DNA of 64,000 nt from Curvularia clavata (lineage: Eukaryota): positions 620,001 to 684,000 of the forward strand of contig CP089276.1 in the NCBI GenBank assembly GCA_023920165.1. The letters are read 5' to 3'. Below, piece after piece: positions 12,675 through 25,473 of the stretch; positions within the stretch are counted from its first letter, which is position 1, and each line of letters begins with the position of its first letter. Both the position numbers and the translations under genes were made by a program. Below the pieces are notes generated by a model, which was given only the letters and a program-made list of their open reading frames with translations, was not told the DNA's origin and searched no databases.

Positions 12675-13405
12675 ATCAGATGGAGAAATTGGTGCTCTGT
12701 CCGCAAGGTGGTTTCTATGGTAGGTGGTATTGATATGAGATGGTATTTGGATGCTGTGGTTGCCTGAATGAGACGGATGCGGCCAATCCGCTTCCAGAAC
12801 AAACTCAATGGAACTGCAACAACATTAAACCTCTCCAACAAGCAACTGTCTATGCACCAATCGCAGAAGCCTCTAGGTATAAAATGCAAAAGTGGTCGAC
12901 TTCAAAGCAAAGCACAGGGCCGAGACCACGACAAGTCCAAAAACCAGCAGTCACGTGCACATAATCATATTGCTATGATATCTTCTACTCAAATAGACAT
13001 ACATCGTCAAAACCGTGAAAAATGAAGCTGCAAAGACTTCACTAACCACCTGAAACAACCGGTTCCAGGCTCTCCGCCCTCCATCATCCATCATGGGCCA
13101 AATTTACTACTGCACAAGAAGTGAAGAAGCGCTTGCGTACACACTACAGCTTGTAGTACTTGGTTTAGAAACGCTGGCCGTCGGGCGCTGTGTGGGTCCA
13201 AAAAATATGAGGGCTTGGCTGTCATGAAACGCTATCCTGAACGCCATTGTCCGACTTTCGCAACAAAAGGAGATGGTGTGTGGGTCAGGTCGTTCGGAAG
13301 GTGCGTAGAGATACATTTTTGGGGCACCGTCATCCAAAATTGCGCCGAGTAAGTGCAAAGGAAATGGGAGGGCACAAGGGTCAAACATGGGACGATGATG
13401 CCCAG

Positions 13406-13967
13406 CTATGCCTTGACAGGTCCACCCTGTGCTTCCTGGGCTGCCTCATTTTCGAAGTCCGAGGCCGAGGTTTCCCGATTTAGACTCGTCTCGCGGTGCA
13501 GAAATGTGTGTTCTTTGACCGGGCTACTGGCCAAATCGCCCTGAGAGGCGGTTGCACCATTGCTACTGCCGTTGGCGCTATTCTGACCAAGAGGTGTAGC
13601 CGGAGCAATGTGTGGGATCTTCTCGGGGTTGGGGTGCTCGCGGCCGACTTGGGTAACGCCGACGTCACCAGCTTTGCCGGCCTTGGAGAGGGCGTAGTCG
13701 CCGCTGTCAAAGTACTTGCGCTCCTACAAATTGATATTAGACACAGACTCTGGAATTGGCGTGCCTGAACGGGGTCTCGACGTACCTTGAGCTTGTTCTG
13801 GAGAAGGTCCTTCTTGTTGGGCAGCTTGCCATAGAGGCGGAAGAGCTTGGCCTCCTGCTCCGACAGTTTCTATGCGACAGTGTTAGCCATGGCGGTCTGC
13901 GACAGACTATTCAAAGGCTGCTCGGACATACGCTGACGTCGACCTTGTTTTGCTGGTGTGGGTTCAT
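13406..13967 (-). CDS. IGO1: Endosulfine (Igo1/ENSA/ARPP-19 family PP2A-B55 inhibitor), 3 exons
   Basis: Spliced translation MNPHQQNKVDVS-KLSEQEAKLFRLYGKLPNKKDLLQNKLK-ERKYFDSGDYALSKAG. FDSGDY is the Greatwall/Rim15 phosphosite. Not called in the ORF track. Confidence 0.93.
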
Positions 13968-15306
13968 GATGGCGGTATTGAGAGCAGTGGTGTCGTGGTG
14001 CTGTGACTTGGGGGTGGTGGTGATGATGTTGTAGTGCAGAGGGGTAGCTGCTGGCGGAAGATGCAGACCGAGTGTGGCGTGAGTTCTTTGTTTTTACGTC
14101 GCAGCGAAAAGGGGCGAGCAAACGCAAGTTGTTTTTGACGTCGCGTGTGGTTGGGCAGTGCCAACGGGTTTGGGCGAGTACAGTCGAGGGCGATGGGCAG
14201 GGACCGGGTGAGGTGTGGTGTGTGTGATTGCGGTGCACGCCCTGACGATTGGGTGTCGACGAAGCTCGGGCGTGGCTCGTTCCTGGTGCTGCCGCGGCCT
14301 GACAACGCACAAGGGCCGATGTGCTATGACAGTTGCGGTCTAGATGCTTTGTGCTGCTGTAGAGCAGTTGCAGACGTGGTGGTGATGGTAGTATGTAATA
14401 GTGGACGTGGTTGTGGTAGTGGAATGCCCCTCTATGCGATAAGCCTTAATCGGCCGAGGTGCCAACTGCGCAGGACAACGCAGACGGCGGGGAGAGCAAG
14501 AGATGAAGGACCAAACACAGACTTGACAAGACGCAGCGGAGGCGTGCTTTATGTATGCAATGGGATCCGGCGGATGGCAGTTGTTCTCAAGTGCTTGGGC
14601 TGGACGTGGGCTTAGGTAGTCGGCCGGCCAAGGAGGGGTAGGTGCAGCAAGTTATGTATGTATGTAGGCACTCGAGTGGGCCGGGACCAGCAATCACCAG
14701 GAGCACGGCTGGATATGACGGGTGAATGGCACAAAGTAATTCAGGGAAAAGCAGCCGTTGCCGCGAAAGTATCGTGCAGAGTTAATTCGCTGGCTAACCG
14801 TCCTGGCATCGCGTGCGACGCACACGACGGATTGCCATGGCCTTTAACCACACTCAGCACCCGCTCAGCGTCATGCACCGCCATGATTGGCCTCGCCCGC
14901 CGCTGTGATAGCACCAGGATAGTGCTCCGCAAAGCTTCTGGCAATTGTATCATGATGCACCTTTTAGCTGCCCGCGCACGACCATTCTTCCCCGCCCATG
15001 TAATGGTGCATGCCATGGTCGCCGTGATAGGCTGCTCCGCTCCGCTAGTCTCGCCCTCGATCAAATCCTTACGGTCACCCTCCCACCACGGCGCAATCCG
15101 GTTAGCCAGATACTGTTGCAGGGCTCCGAATCTGACCCTCCGATCCAGAGGCCCAAAGCAACCGTCCCCTAGGCGTCAAGTCAGACAAGACAAGATACGC
15201 CCGGCCCCGGTACTGCCCCCTTCGCTTAACAGCTGCCGTGAAATTCCACGCCTAAAATAATTTCCAGAGTCAGCATTTTTCCCACTTCGCTCCAATCACA
15301 GGCAGA

Positions 15307-16177
15307 ATGGCCAGCACTGGTAAGACGTTTGTTGTCGAGCACCTCGACCCGGAACTCGAGGCGTGGTCGTCGTTGGAGTACTCGGCCATTGCGGCAGAGT
15401 GTCATGCGTCAGGCGCTCGCTTCTTGCTCTCTTCAGTCCCTACTTCTCTGACCTTGCCGGCCAACCTTCAGGGCGCCAAGGGCCTCCAAGTCGAGACTAG
15501 AAGCATCGAGGAGATATATGCCGACAAAAAGGACAAGGTTTGCTTGCTTGACCCCGCAGCATCCAAGGACCTGAGCCCAGAAGATGGCGAAGTTTTCGAT
15601 ATTTTCCTATTTGGTGGTATACTGGGTAAGCTCACGTGATGCGCTCAACTACTGTTCGTCCCCGTTGCCCTGGGCTGACGTCGACTAGGAGATGATCCGC
15701 CGAGAGGTGCGTGATGGTGCAAGTGTTGTGCTGGGTGCCCCCCCATCGGCTAACCCTAAGTATGCAGACCGGACTTCAGAGCTGCGCAAGAAGGGATATC
15801 AAGGACGTCGCTTGGGTCCAGTCCAAATGACCACGGACACTGCAGTACGTGTTACGAGGATCTGCGTCCAGGATAAGGGTGCGTCAACCATGGTCGTCGG
15901 AGACATACAGATAGACAGGAGATGCTTATGAAACACAGTACCCGTCGATAAGATCTCTTACATCGACCACCCAGATCTGAAGATCAACAAAAACGAGAGC
16001 ACGCAGATGCCGTTCCGTTATGTCAGGGGTGAGGACGGGCAACCCATTATGCCTGAGGTATGCAATCCCGGACATGGCACGTTTCGGGGGTACCAAAGAC
16101 TGCGCTGATCACATCAACAGGGCATGCGAGAGCTGATTGTCAAGGACTCTGCAAAAAGCCTTGACGACCTTTTCTAG
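15307..16177 (+). CDS. SFM1: SPOUT-family SAM-dependent methyltransferase Sfm1 (DUF431)
   Basis: FVVEHLDPE, VCLLDP, FLFGGILGDDPPRDRTSELR (includes an 18-nt micro-exon 15689-15706), RRLGPVQMTTDTAVRVT and MPFRYV. Confidence 0.9.
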
Positions 16178-17257
16178 ACACTAGTATGCGACGGGGGCTC
16201 CGACCACGGGTCAAGCTGCAGGGAGTCGAGGGCTCGCAGCATAAAGAGGGAGCATGCGCCACTGTGGCACGCAGGATTCAATGACTTTAGACATGTACCG
16301 CTTACGGGAATGTTTCTTACATGGCCGTGGGAGTATGGGACGGACTCGGTGGTGTAGCACTGGTCGGACTTGGAGAGAGGAGCTGGAAGCTGGCCAGACG
16401 GGCCGATTCGAGGGCCATGGAGCTCCAGAACGCAGCCTCGCACCAGTGGGTGGCGTAATAGCAAAGTAGTGTAGAGCAAAGGGTCATTAGTGTCGATAGT
16501 TGGTAGTCCAAAGAAGGCCTTGCCCTGGCGTTCCCATCGGCCGAACCCTTGATGTGCGGGACGGAGGCTGAGCGATGCCCTAAGCGGCAAAACGGGCGCT
16601 CGGTAGCGGGGACGCGTGTCCGCCTCCATTTTCGATAGCACGCCTGAGGCCATACGCAGCGAAGTGGGTGGTGATACGCGGTTGAAGCAAGCAAGAAATG
16701 CCCAGGCGTGTCAAAGCAACGCGCGCTGCGTGTTTCCGAGACGCGGGACGCTGATAGCCGGCATGCCAGGCCCACCGGCGGCGCCACGTGATTGGCGGTA
16801 CCTGGCGTTGCGAACCGCGGAGCAGGGCTCCCAAGAGGGTGCTGAGTAGAATCCCCATATCAGCTCAACACCCCGGCCGCTCCCACTGTGGGCGTGTATA
16901 ACCCGCTCTTTGTTGTCACTCCAAAAAAAAACATCGCAGCCGTCGCAGAGTCTTTCTTTTGCTGCTACTGCCTTTCTTCTGCTGCTGCACCTGCCCGTCT
17001 TACCATCACCGCTGAACCATTTTCCCCCTGGTCCTGGACTCGTCAGCTGGCACAGTGGCCACCTATCCTCCATTGTCCAGAACGATCCGAACTTTATTGC
17101 AGCGCCGCCGACCGCAACCATATCCTACAATAACTGCTTGCACCCATACTGCTCGCCCTTTGCTCTACCACCCCGCATCGCCCCTCGTCTGCCCATGAGG
17201 TAGAGGCAGCGCACCGCAACTAGAGCGGCTTTCCATCCCAAGACACGCGCCTTTGAT

Positions 17258-19297
17258 ATGGCCTCCTCACATCTCCCCTCGCGGTGGCGGACAGCCCTGC
17301 TGGGCGGTCTGATAGCCACCGTCTCATGGCTCCCCAGCATAATGGCAGCCGAGAAGACGCAGGCCGACTATTTCGTCCACGATTTGCCAGGTGCGCCGCT
17401 GCCGCTGTTGAAGATGCATGCAGGGTAAGCAGGACAGTGATTTTGCGAACCATGGGCCAAGCTGACCATGACACAGACACATTGAAGTCGACCCCCAGAA
17501 CAACGGAAACCTCTTCTTCTGGCACTACGAGAACCGCCACATCGCCGACAAGCAACGGACAGTGTTATGGCTGAACGGCGGCCCTGGCTGCTCGTCCATG
17601 GACGGCGCAATGATGGAAGTTGGTCCCTACAGAGTCCGTGAGGGCGGCAAGCTCGAGTACAACAACGGCTCCTGGGATGAGTTTGCCAATCTGCTCTTCG
17701 TAGATCAGCCTGTCGGCACCGGCTTCAGCTACGTCAACACGAACAGCTACCTGACCGAGCTCGACCAAATGGCCGAGCATATGCTCACCTTTCTCGACAA
17801 GTTCTTTGCCTTGTTCCCTGAATACGAAAGTGACGATGTGAGTAAATACAGTTGGCAGCTAGGCGGAGAACTTTTTTTGCTGACGCGCAATAGTTGTACA
17901 TTGCCGGTGAATCGTACGCTGGACAGCACATTCCATACATTGCTCGCGCCATCCTCAACCGCAACAAACAGAACCCCGGTAGACCCCCATGGCCGCTCAA
18001 GGGCCTCTTGATTGGCAATGGCTGGATTTCGCCCGTCGACCAATACCTCTCCTACATCCCTTTTGCTTACCAGAATGGCCTAATGAGGGACGGTACAGAC
18101 TCAGCCAAGCGCATCGAAAACCAACAGCGAATTTGTACCGAAAAGCTCAGCCAAGGCGGTATGGACAGAGTGGACACGAGCGAGTGTGAACAAATCATGG
18201 TCACAATTCTGGAAGAGACCAAAGATACAAAAGCCGATGCGATGAACCAGTGTGTCAACATGTACGATATTCGTCTGCGCGACGACTCGTCTTGTGGAAT
18301 GAACTGGCCTCCGGATCTTACTCAGGTTACTCCGTATCTCCGCCGACCCGACGTTGTCCAAGCACTCCACATCAATCCCGATAAGAAGACTGGTTGGCAG
18401 GAGTGCAACGGTGCTGTCTCTAGCCACTTCCGCGCGAAGAAGAGTGAGCCCGCCGTCAAGTTTCTGCCCGAGCTCATTGAGCAGGTCCCCGTTCTGCTCT
18501 TTTCAGGTGATAAAGACTTCATCTGCAATCACGTTGGCACAGAAGCTATGATTCAAAACCTCAAGTGGAACGGCGGAAAGGGCTTTGAGGCCTCTCCTGG
18601 TGTCCAGACCGCCAAGCAGGACTGGATCTTCGAGGGCGAACCTGCCGGAACCTGGCAGGAGGCGCGCAACCTTACCTATGTCGTTTTCTACAACTCAAGC
18701 CACATGGTCCCATTCGACTACCCCCGACGCACCCGTGACATGCTCGATCGCTTCATGAATGTCAACATCGAAGCCATTGGCGGTGCTCCGGCCGACAGCC
18801 TCATCGACGGCGAAAAGGGTCCCCTCACCAGCGTTGGCGACCATCCCAACTCGACCAAAGCCGAAGAAGACAAGAGCAAAGAGCTCAAAGCTGCAGAATG
18901 GAAAGCCTACAAGCGCTCTGGCGAAACCGCCCTTGTCGTCACCGTCATCGTCGCCTGCCTCTGCGCCTTTCTCCTTTGGCGCTCCCGCCGCAAAAACGCA
19001 GAATACAAGGGAGTCGATGGCAACGACGAAGGTCGAGAATCCCTCCTCACCGGCATGGGTCTCGATAATTTCCGACGCAGAGACCGCAGCCGCGATGTCG
19101 AGGCAGCGGACTTTGATGAGAATGAACTCGAGGACCTGAATGGCAAGAAGAAGAGGCCAGCGGGCAATGGATATGCGTCCGAGAAGCGTGGGCCGACTAA
19201 TGACTCGTCATTCTCGTTGGGCGTGGATAGCGATGAGGAAGATGAGGCCGGCTCGGGGTCGAGCGATGGAGGCAGGAGGAAAGAGTCGGCAAGGTAA
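17258..19297 (+). CDS. KEX1: Pheromone-processing serine carboxypeptidase Kex1 (S10)
   Basis: Signal peptide, [31 protein letters not shown] and SHMVPFD. C-terminal TM helix with an acidic cytosolic tail. Confidence 0.95.
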
Positions 19298-19978
19298 ATA
19301 GAGACTTTGTTTGATAGATCATAGGTCGTTGTCGCTTATAACCCTTTTTTGACATGAATTTGTTCCGCAAAGGAAAACAAAATCGCGCTTTGCGTGGCAG
19401 GTTAGAACGAGAAATGGAGAAGGATATTGTATCGGGGTTTTTAACGGCATTTCTCAGCGGAAACTGGGAACTGGAGTTTTTTTTTTTTTGGTTTGTTTTC
19501 TGCGTAGGAAGGAATTGTATATATACTGTGATTGGGAGCCAACGAGTCAAATGAGAGAGTTTGAACAGCGACTTGGATACAATGTATACACCTTTTTGGC
19601 TTGTTCCGATAAATGATGGTTTGCGTTACTTTGGAGATTTTGTAGGGAAGGCTCGGTGAGGTACTATGTGCATTAGAGAACGATGGTCTCTTCTTTGCTC
19701 CCTTAAAGACGCCCAGACAACTTTATTGTAAATCAACACAGACAGATTGCTGTTACATGAACCGATTTTTTAGTAACTCCACATAGGACTCAAGAATGAT
19801 TCTCATCGCTTTGATTGTCATAAGCTATTGTCATACATTGCGGGCATCTGCAATACACCGAAAAATCTTGGAGAATATCTACACAGTGCTCTAGCAGAGC
19901 CTCAGGGCTTTATCCAATTGCCCCTGGGGGGTCTTCCGCATCCATCCCCATTGTCAAAAAGTAGAACCTCTCACTCCC

Positions 19979-20764
19979 CTAGTTTGCTGCAGCCGCAGCC
20001 GCAACAATCGCAACACCAGCCGTCGCCGTCGCCAAACCATTAACAACAGCCGCGCCAGAACCACCCGCAGCCGTACTCTGCAAGAGAGCAAAGATGCTTC
20101 TTGTCTGCACTGGTCCAATCATCGACTGCATGACTGCTGCAGCAGAACCTTCACATTGAATCAGTTTCCTTGTTTCACCAACCACCACACCAACAGAGAA
20201 CAGAATTGAAAAGGAAGCAAGCTCACCGCCCACAACCCCTTCAGCCGTAAAACCCAAACTCGCCAGCATAGGCACCGTAATCAGCCCCGGTGCAAAAAAC
20301 ACCGCTCCCGCCAGCACCATAAACACAGTCTGATGCGGATGCTTCTCAATCCAATCTTGGATCTCTCCAGGCACCTCCTTTGTAACTCTAAATACCGTCT
20401 GCGCCGCAGCCACAACATGTAGCTCCTCTGCCTTGTTCTGAATAGCCACTTGCACTTCGTGGGCTAGTTGCTCCCAGGGCACTTGGGTGACGCACCAATT
20501 GTACGCTTCGGTGACGCAGCGCTCAGTTTGCCGGCCCGCGGCACCGAGAGCACGAGAAGTTTGTTCTGCAGCAAAGAAAGATGCCGAGCCAGTGACTTCC
20601 ATAGCCAGGCGGACAGGATGGTTGGGGTCCAGGTGCTGGCCTACGTCTTTGCCCCAGGCATCGAGGGCGCGGCCGGCATTTTGGCCAAAGGTATCGAGGG
20701 AGGTATGGATGGTTGCGCCGGCTTGGGCGATGTTGTTGCCAAAGTTGCGGAGCCAGGCGTCCAT
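19979..20764 (-). CDS. Hypothetical membrane-associated protein with IFI6/ISG12-like C-terminal motif and N-terminal 11-mer repeats
   Basis: LGFTAEGVVGGSAAAVMQS...SIFALLQSTAAGG after removing intron 20149-20226 resembles the Ifi-6-16 motif. ATG at 20764 (MDAWLRNFG). Confidence 0.7.
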   Translation of the reverse strand: MDAWLRNFGNNIAQAGATIHTSLDTFGQNAGRALDAWGKDVGQHLDPNHPVRLAMEVTGSASFFAAEQTSRALGAAGRQTERCVTEAYNWCVTQVPWEQLAHEVQVAIQNKAEELHVVAAAQTVFRVTKEVPGEIQDWIEKHPHQTVFMVLAGAVFFAPGLITVPMLASLGFTAEGVVGGELASFSILFSVGVVVGETRKLIQCEGSAAAVMQSMIGPVQTRSIFALLQSTAAGGSGAAVVNGLATATAGVAIVAAAAAAN

Positions 20765-21074
20765 ATTTTTGGGAGAGTGTTGAGTGGAAGGGGATTGGTG
20801 GAAAGGAAGTGAAAGCGATAAAGGTGGAATGGTTTGATGGAGGGGGATCTGTACGCCAAGTGTATGTTGACATGGTTTTTGGTAATCTTGCATGCATACA
20901 GACTACGCGGTGCATGTTAATCACAGCTATGATAGGTCTAGGTAGCACGCTTATGGTTGAGTATGTTCAGTGCCATACTTCAGTTTGGATTGCAGTAGAA
21001 GTCTAATCGTACCATCAGCGATATCCAAGTCTGAACTTGTCTCCAGAGTATCCATCTGTAGACAAGACGCCACT

Positions 21075-21702
21075 CTACAAAGCCTTCCTCAACGCACTCT
21101 TGAACGGAATAATCTGCACCTCATCCAGATTCCACACACCCTCTGTGACATAAACATCCTTCTTCAGCCTCTCAATCACCTCTTCCTTTGTCTTCGCGCC
21201 AATCAAGCACGCTGATCCCTTCATCTTGGGTGGATTCGTGTCGCCGGGTTGAATAGGTTCTTCTAGCATGGCACCTGTGTACGAGTGTCAGCAACTCCGT
21301 TTCCGTTTCCAACCACAAACAACGATATGCCAAGCAGCAAGACAGAGAGATACACTAAGCCCCGCCAACCCAAACAATCAATTCCGATCAAAATCAGAAG
21401 AAACCAATGATTGACACAGAGAACTGCAACATACCACCCCAAAGCCACAAATCCTCCCTATCACTCTTCAATCCCTCCAGATGCTTTGGCCTCGCCGCGA
21501 GCCGCTTCGTCAGCGCATCCTTGTGATCCGGAACGATAACCAGCCATTCCTGCAGCGGTTGCGAAGTCGAAGACATGGTGTTGCGTTGCGCGAGTGGGTA
21601 TACGAGGCGTTGTGTGAGTTGTCCTTGAAGCGGTCGTGGTACGAGTGTAGAAGTGGAAGCTCGGAGACAAGAACGTCGGATAAAAGGGGAGAAAGGGGTC
21701 AT
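21075..21702 (-). CDS. YciI-like dimeric alpha/beta-barrel protein with putative mitochondrial presequence
   Basis: EWLVIVPD, RLAARPKHL, WGGAML, KMKGS, DVYVTEGVW and IIPFKSA. One ~160-nt intron. Second in-frame ATG at 21576. Confidence 0.85.
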
Positions 21703-22333
21703 GTATAATGGTTTCTCTGTTCCAAGACTTGGAGGATTTATAATCTTGAGTCTTGCTTGGAGGTGGGATGACGAGGGGAGGCAAGCAAGCGTGAGAGGTG
21801 GGGCTGGGCGGGTAAGATGGGCGGGTGGACGCGGTATAGATGATGCAGAAGTCAGAAAAGCAATAGATGTGCAACTCGTCAGCTTGAACTTGTATTTGTG
21901 TTTGAGCCTTTTTTAAAATGAGCTTGGTCAGCGTTCCTAACCTAGCGATGTATGTACTCGCAAGGGCGCGCAGGCAATGGTTGTACATTCAAAGGGCGTG
22001 GTCGATGTGGGGAAATCATGTCGGAATTGAGCCGCGGTTCTCGGAAACATGCCTCATTCGGAAATCTCACTTTGGAGCATCAGGGCGTGGGGCTGATGTT
22101 TGGTACGTTTAATTACAACATCGCATTCGCTACATTCAGGGGGTTTCTCGTGAACAGCGTCTATTTGCTAAATACATTAAGCATGGCGATAAACATATCG
22201 AAATGCAAACTCATAAACTCATTCCTCCATGCGTATACCCGATCGTAAAGACAGCCAGCGCCGTGAACAAAACGGCATAAACGACACGCACCAAACGCTA
22301 TACTCAACCCACCCATTGCTAGTACACACCAAT

Positions 22334-25145
22334 CTAACCACTGCACATGACACAAGCCTCAGGGTTCTCTATTGAGCAGGCAAGGACAGCATCGGCATAG
22401 ATATCACCATCCCGTGCCTCACTGTCGTCCTTTGAATCTTCTTCTTGCTTGGCCTTGTTTGCGAGCTCCTCGTCCTGCTTGCCGACAGCATCAGCAGCAA
22501 CCATCTTCGGGCTCTCACCCTCCTCAACATCAGCCTTGAATGGCTTGCTGGCGAGGGCGTTCTTGCTCTCCGGGTCAACCTCTGACTTGGAGACGCCATT
22601 GGCACCTGCCTCTGACTTGGTATCATACATCGGGCGAGGAGCCACCTGGGTGTTGGCGCCAGAGCTACGGATTGCCTCTGGGACGAAGCCGGGTTGCTTG
22701 CGAATCTTTGGCAGAGCACGAGCAACGTTGGTGTCGGCAACCTTGAGGGCCTCCTGGTCGACGGTGAACTGGATGGGAGCAGAGGCAGCCATGGTACGGA
22801 GGTAGTACATGCCCGTCTTGAGACCAAGCTTCCATCCGGCAAAGTGCATGGAGGTGATCTTGCCCATGGTTGGCTCCTTCATGTGAATGTTGAGTGACTG
22901 GGACTGGTCAATGAAGGCACCACGATCAGCAGCCATCTGGATAATGGTTCGCTGAGAGATTTCCCAAACAGTCTTATACAGAGTCTTGGTCTCCTCGGGA
23001 ATGTTGGGGATTCTTGCAATAGAACCACCCTCGGCGATGATGCGGTTCTTCATGTTCTCAGACCACAGGCCCATGTCGACAAGGTCCTTAAGCAGCCATG
23101 GGTTGACGACCTGGAACTCGCCCGCGAGCACACGGCGGGAGTAGATGTTGGAGGTGTAGGGCTCGAAGCACTCGTTGTTTCCGAGGATCTGAGAGGTCGA
23201 GGCAGTCGGCATGGGTGCAATCAGCAGCGAATTGCGGACACCGTGCTGGGCAATCTTGGCCTTCAACTCAGCCCAGTCCCAGAGATCGGTAGGGGTGACA
23301 TTCCACATGTCGTACTGAAGGATACCCTGTGAGACGGGTGATCCCTCGTAGGTCTCATAAGGACCAAGCTCCTTAGCAATGTCACACGAGGAAGTAAGAG
23401 CAGCATGATAGATGGTCTCGAAAATCTGGATGTTGAGCTTCTTGGCCTCTGCTGATTCGAATGGCAGGCGCAGTGCGAGGAAAGCATCAGCTAGACCTTG
23501 CACACCCATACCAATGGGGCGGTGACGGAAGTTGCTGCGGCGCGCTTCCTCGACGGGGTAGTGGTTGACATCAATGATCTTGTTCAAGTTGCGAGTGACA
23601 ACCTGGGTGACCTCGTGGAGCTTCTTGAAGTCAAACTCTCCGCGCTTGTAGTCGACAAAGGAAGGCAGGGCAAGGGAGGCCAAGTTGCAGACGGCGACCT
23701 CGTCAGGGGCAGTGTACTCGATAATCTCCGTGCACAGGTTGGAGCTGCGAATGGTACCCAGGTTCTTTTGGTTGCTCTTGCGGTTGCAAGCATCCTTGTA
23801 GAGCATGAAGGGGTTACCGGTTTCGGTCTGGGCCTCGAGAATGGCATACCACAGCTTTTGGGCGCGAACAGTCTCGCGGCCCTTGTTCTGCTTCTCGTAG
23901 CTCTCGTACAGTGCCTCGAACTCCTCTCCATAGACATCGGCTAGGCCAGGGCACTCGTTGGGGCACATGAGAGTCCACTCGCCGTTCTCCTGGACACGCT
24001 TCATGAATAGATCGGGAATCCACAGAGCGTAGAAGAGGTCACGGGCACGAACCTCTTCCTTACCGTGGTTCTTGCGGAGGTCGAGGAAGCCAAAGACGTC
24101 AGCGTGCCATGGCTCAAGGTAGATAGCAAAGGCACCTGGACGCTTGTTGCCACCCTGGTCGACGTAGCGAGCAGTGTTGTTGTATACACGGAGCATAGGA
24201 ATGAGACCGTTGGATGTTCCGTTGGTGCCGCCAATGTATGAGCCGGTGGCACGAATTCGGTGGACGTTGAGACCAATACCGCCAGCGGTCTTGGAGATCA
24301 AGGCACACGTCTTGAGGGTGTCGTAGATACCGTCAATGCTGTCTTCCTTCATGTCGATAAGGAAGCAGGACGACATCTGAGGTGATGGAGTACCGGCGTT
24401 GAACAGCGTCGGGGACGCGTGTGTGAAGTATTTTTGTGACATGTAGTCGTAGGTCTCAATGGCCTTCTCAATGTCCTCGCCGTGGATACCAACAGCGACA
24501 CGCATGAGCATGTGCTGTGGGCGCTCGGCAACCTTGCCATCTATGCGGAGGAGGTATGAGCGCTCCAGTGTCTTGAAGCCGAAAAACTGGTAGTTGAAGT
24601 CTCGGTCGTATACTATCGCCGAGTTGAGCTCATCTGCGTGATCCTGGATGATCTTGTACACAGAGTCGGAGATCATGGGCTGGTGCTTGCCATTCTTGGG
24701 GTTGACATAGTTGTAGAGATCCGACACGACTGCAGAAAATTGCTTCTTGGTCTGCTTGTGGAGATTTGATACGGCGATACGTGCTGCCAGGATGGCGTAA
24801 TCGGGATGTGTCGTGGTCATGTAGGCTGCTGTCTCGGCGGCCTGTCGTGTGTTAGGGACAAGGAGAGATTTGAGGCCTGTTCAAAGGCATACCAAGTCGT
24901 CTAGCTGGGTCGTGTTCACACCCTGGTAGACACCAGAGATGACCTTCATTGTGATGGCAGCGGGGTCGACATGGTCTGGGTCGAGGCCATAACATAGCCT
25001 CGACACACGAGCTGTGATCTTGTCGAACTGCACGCGTTCCTTGCGTCCGTCTGAAATCAATTGTTAGCATGGGAGGAAAGTTTGCAGGCAGTGAAGCCGA
25101 GGCGGTGAAGGCAAGTTGGTACATACCACGCTTGAAGACAAACAT
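22334..25145 (-). CDS. RNR1: Ribonucleoside-diphosphate reductase large subunit
   Basis: ATP-cone start [47 protein letters not shown] and C-terminal CVMCSG. Two 5' introns. Confidence 0.98.
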
Positions 25146-25263
25146 GTTGAATTACAAAAGTCCTAGGACCGAAGGGTATATTGTATTGGGTATATGAAAG
25201 GAGGGTTGAGTGTCTGGAAGAGCGTGCAGGGACAGGAGGGGTGAGTGGGTGCAGGGACTTATA

Positions 25264-25298
25264 ACGCGTTGCGAGGGCCTGAAAGAAACGCGACGCGT
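25264..25298. promoter_or_regulatory. MCB (MBF) element cluster upstream of RNR1
   Basis: ACGCGT 25264-25269 and overlapping ACGCGA/ACGCGT 25288-25298, about 120-150 bp upstream of the RNR1 ATG. RNR1 is a canonical MBF target in ascomycetes. Confidence 0.7.
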
Positions 25299-25473
25299 TG
25301 CTTAGGTCACGGATTAATAGTGTTAAAGTGCTTGCATAATCCGGCCATTGGCAGGGGTGGAGTCGGGTAAACGCCGGCCGGCCGCCCGAACTTTTCGCGG
25401 GTTGGAGGTACTGCGACGACATCCACGCCCCAGCACATCTCCCTCCACGGCCGCATAGATCCAATTGCCCGTC

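Noticed and set aside
14188..14208. Canonical G-quadruplex motifs (also 21800-21825 and 25229-25256)
   Set aside because: They are the complement of the C-rich leaders typical of fungal minus-strand genes. No evidence of function.
21275..21434. Relatively long YciI intron as a possible snoRNA host
   Set aside because: No box C (RUGAUGA) or convincing H/ACA structure seen.
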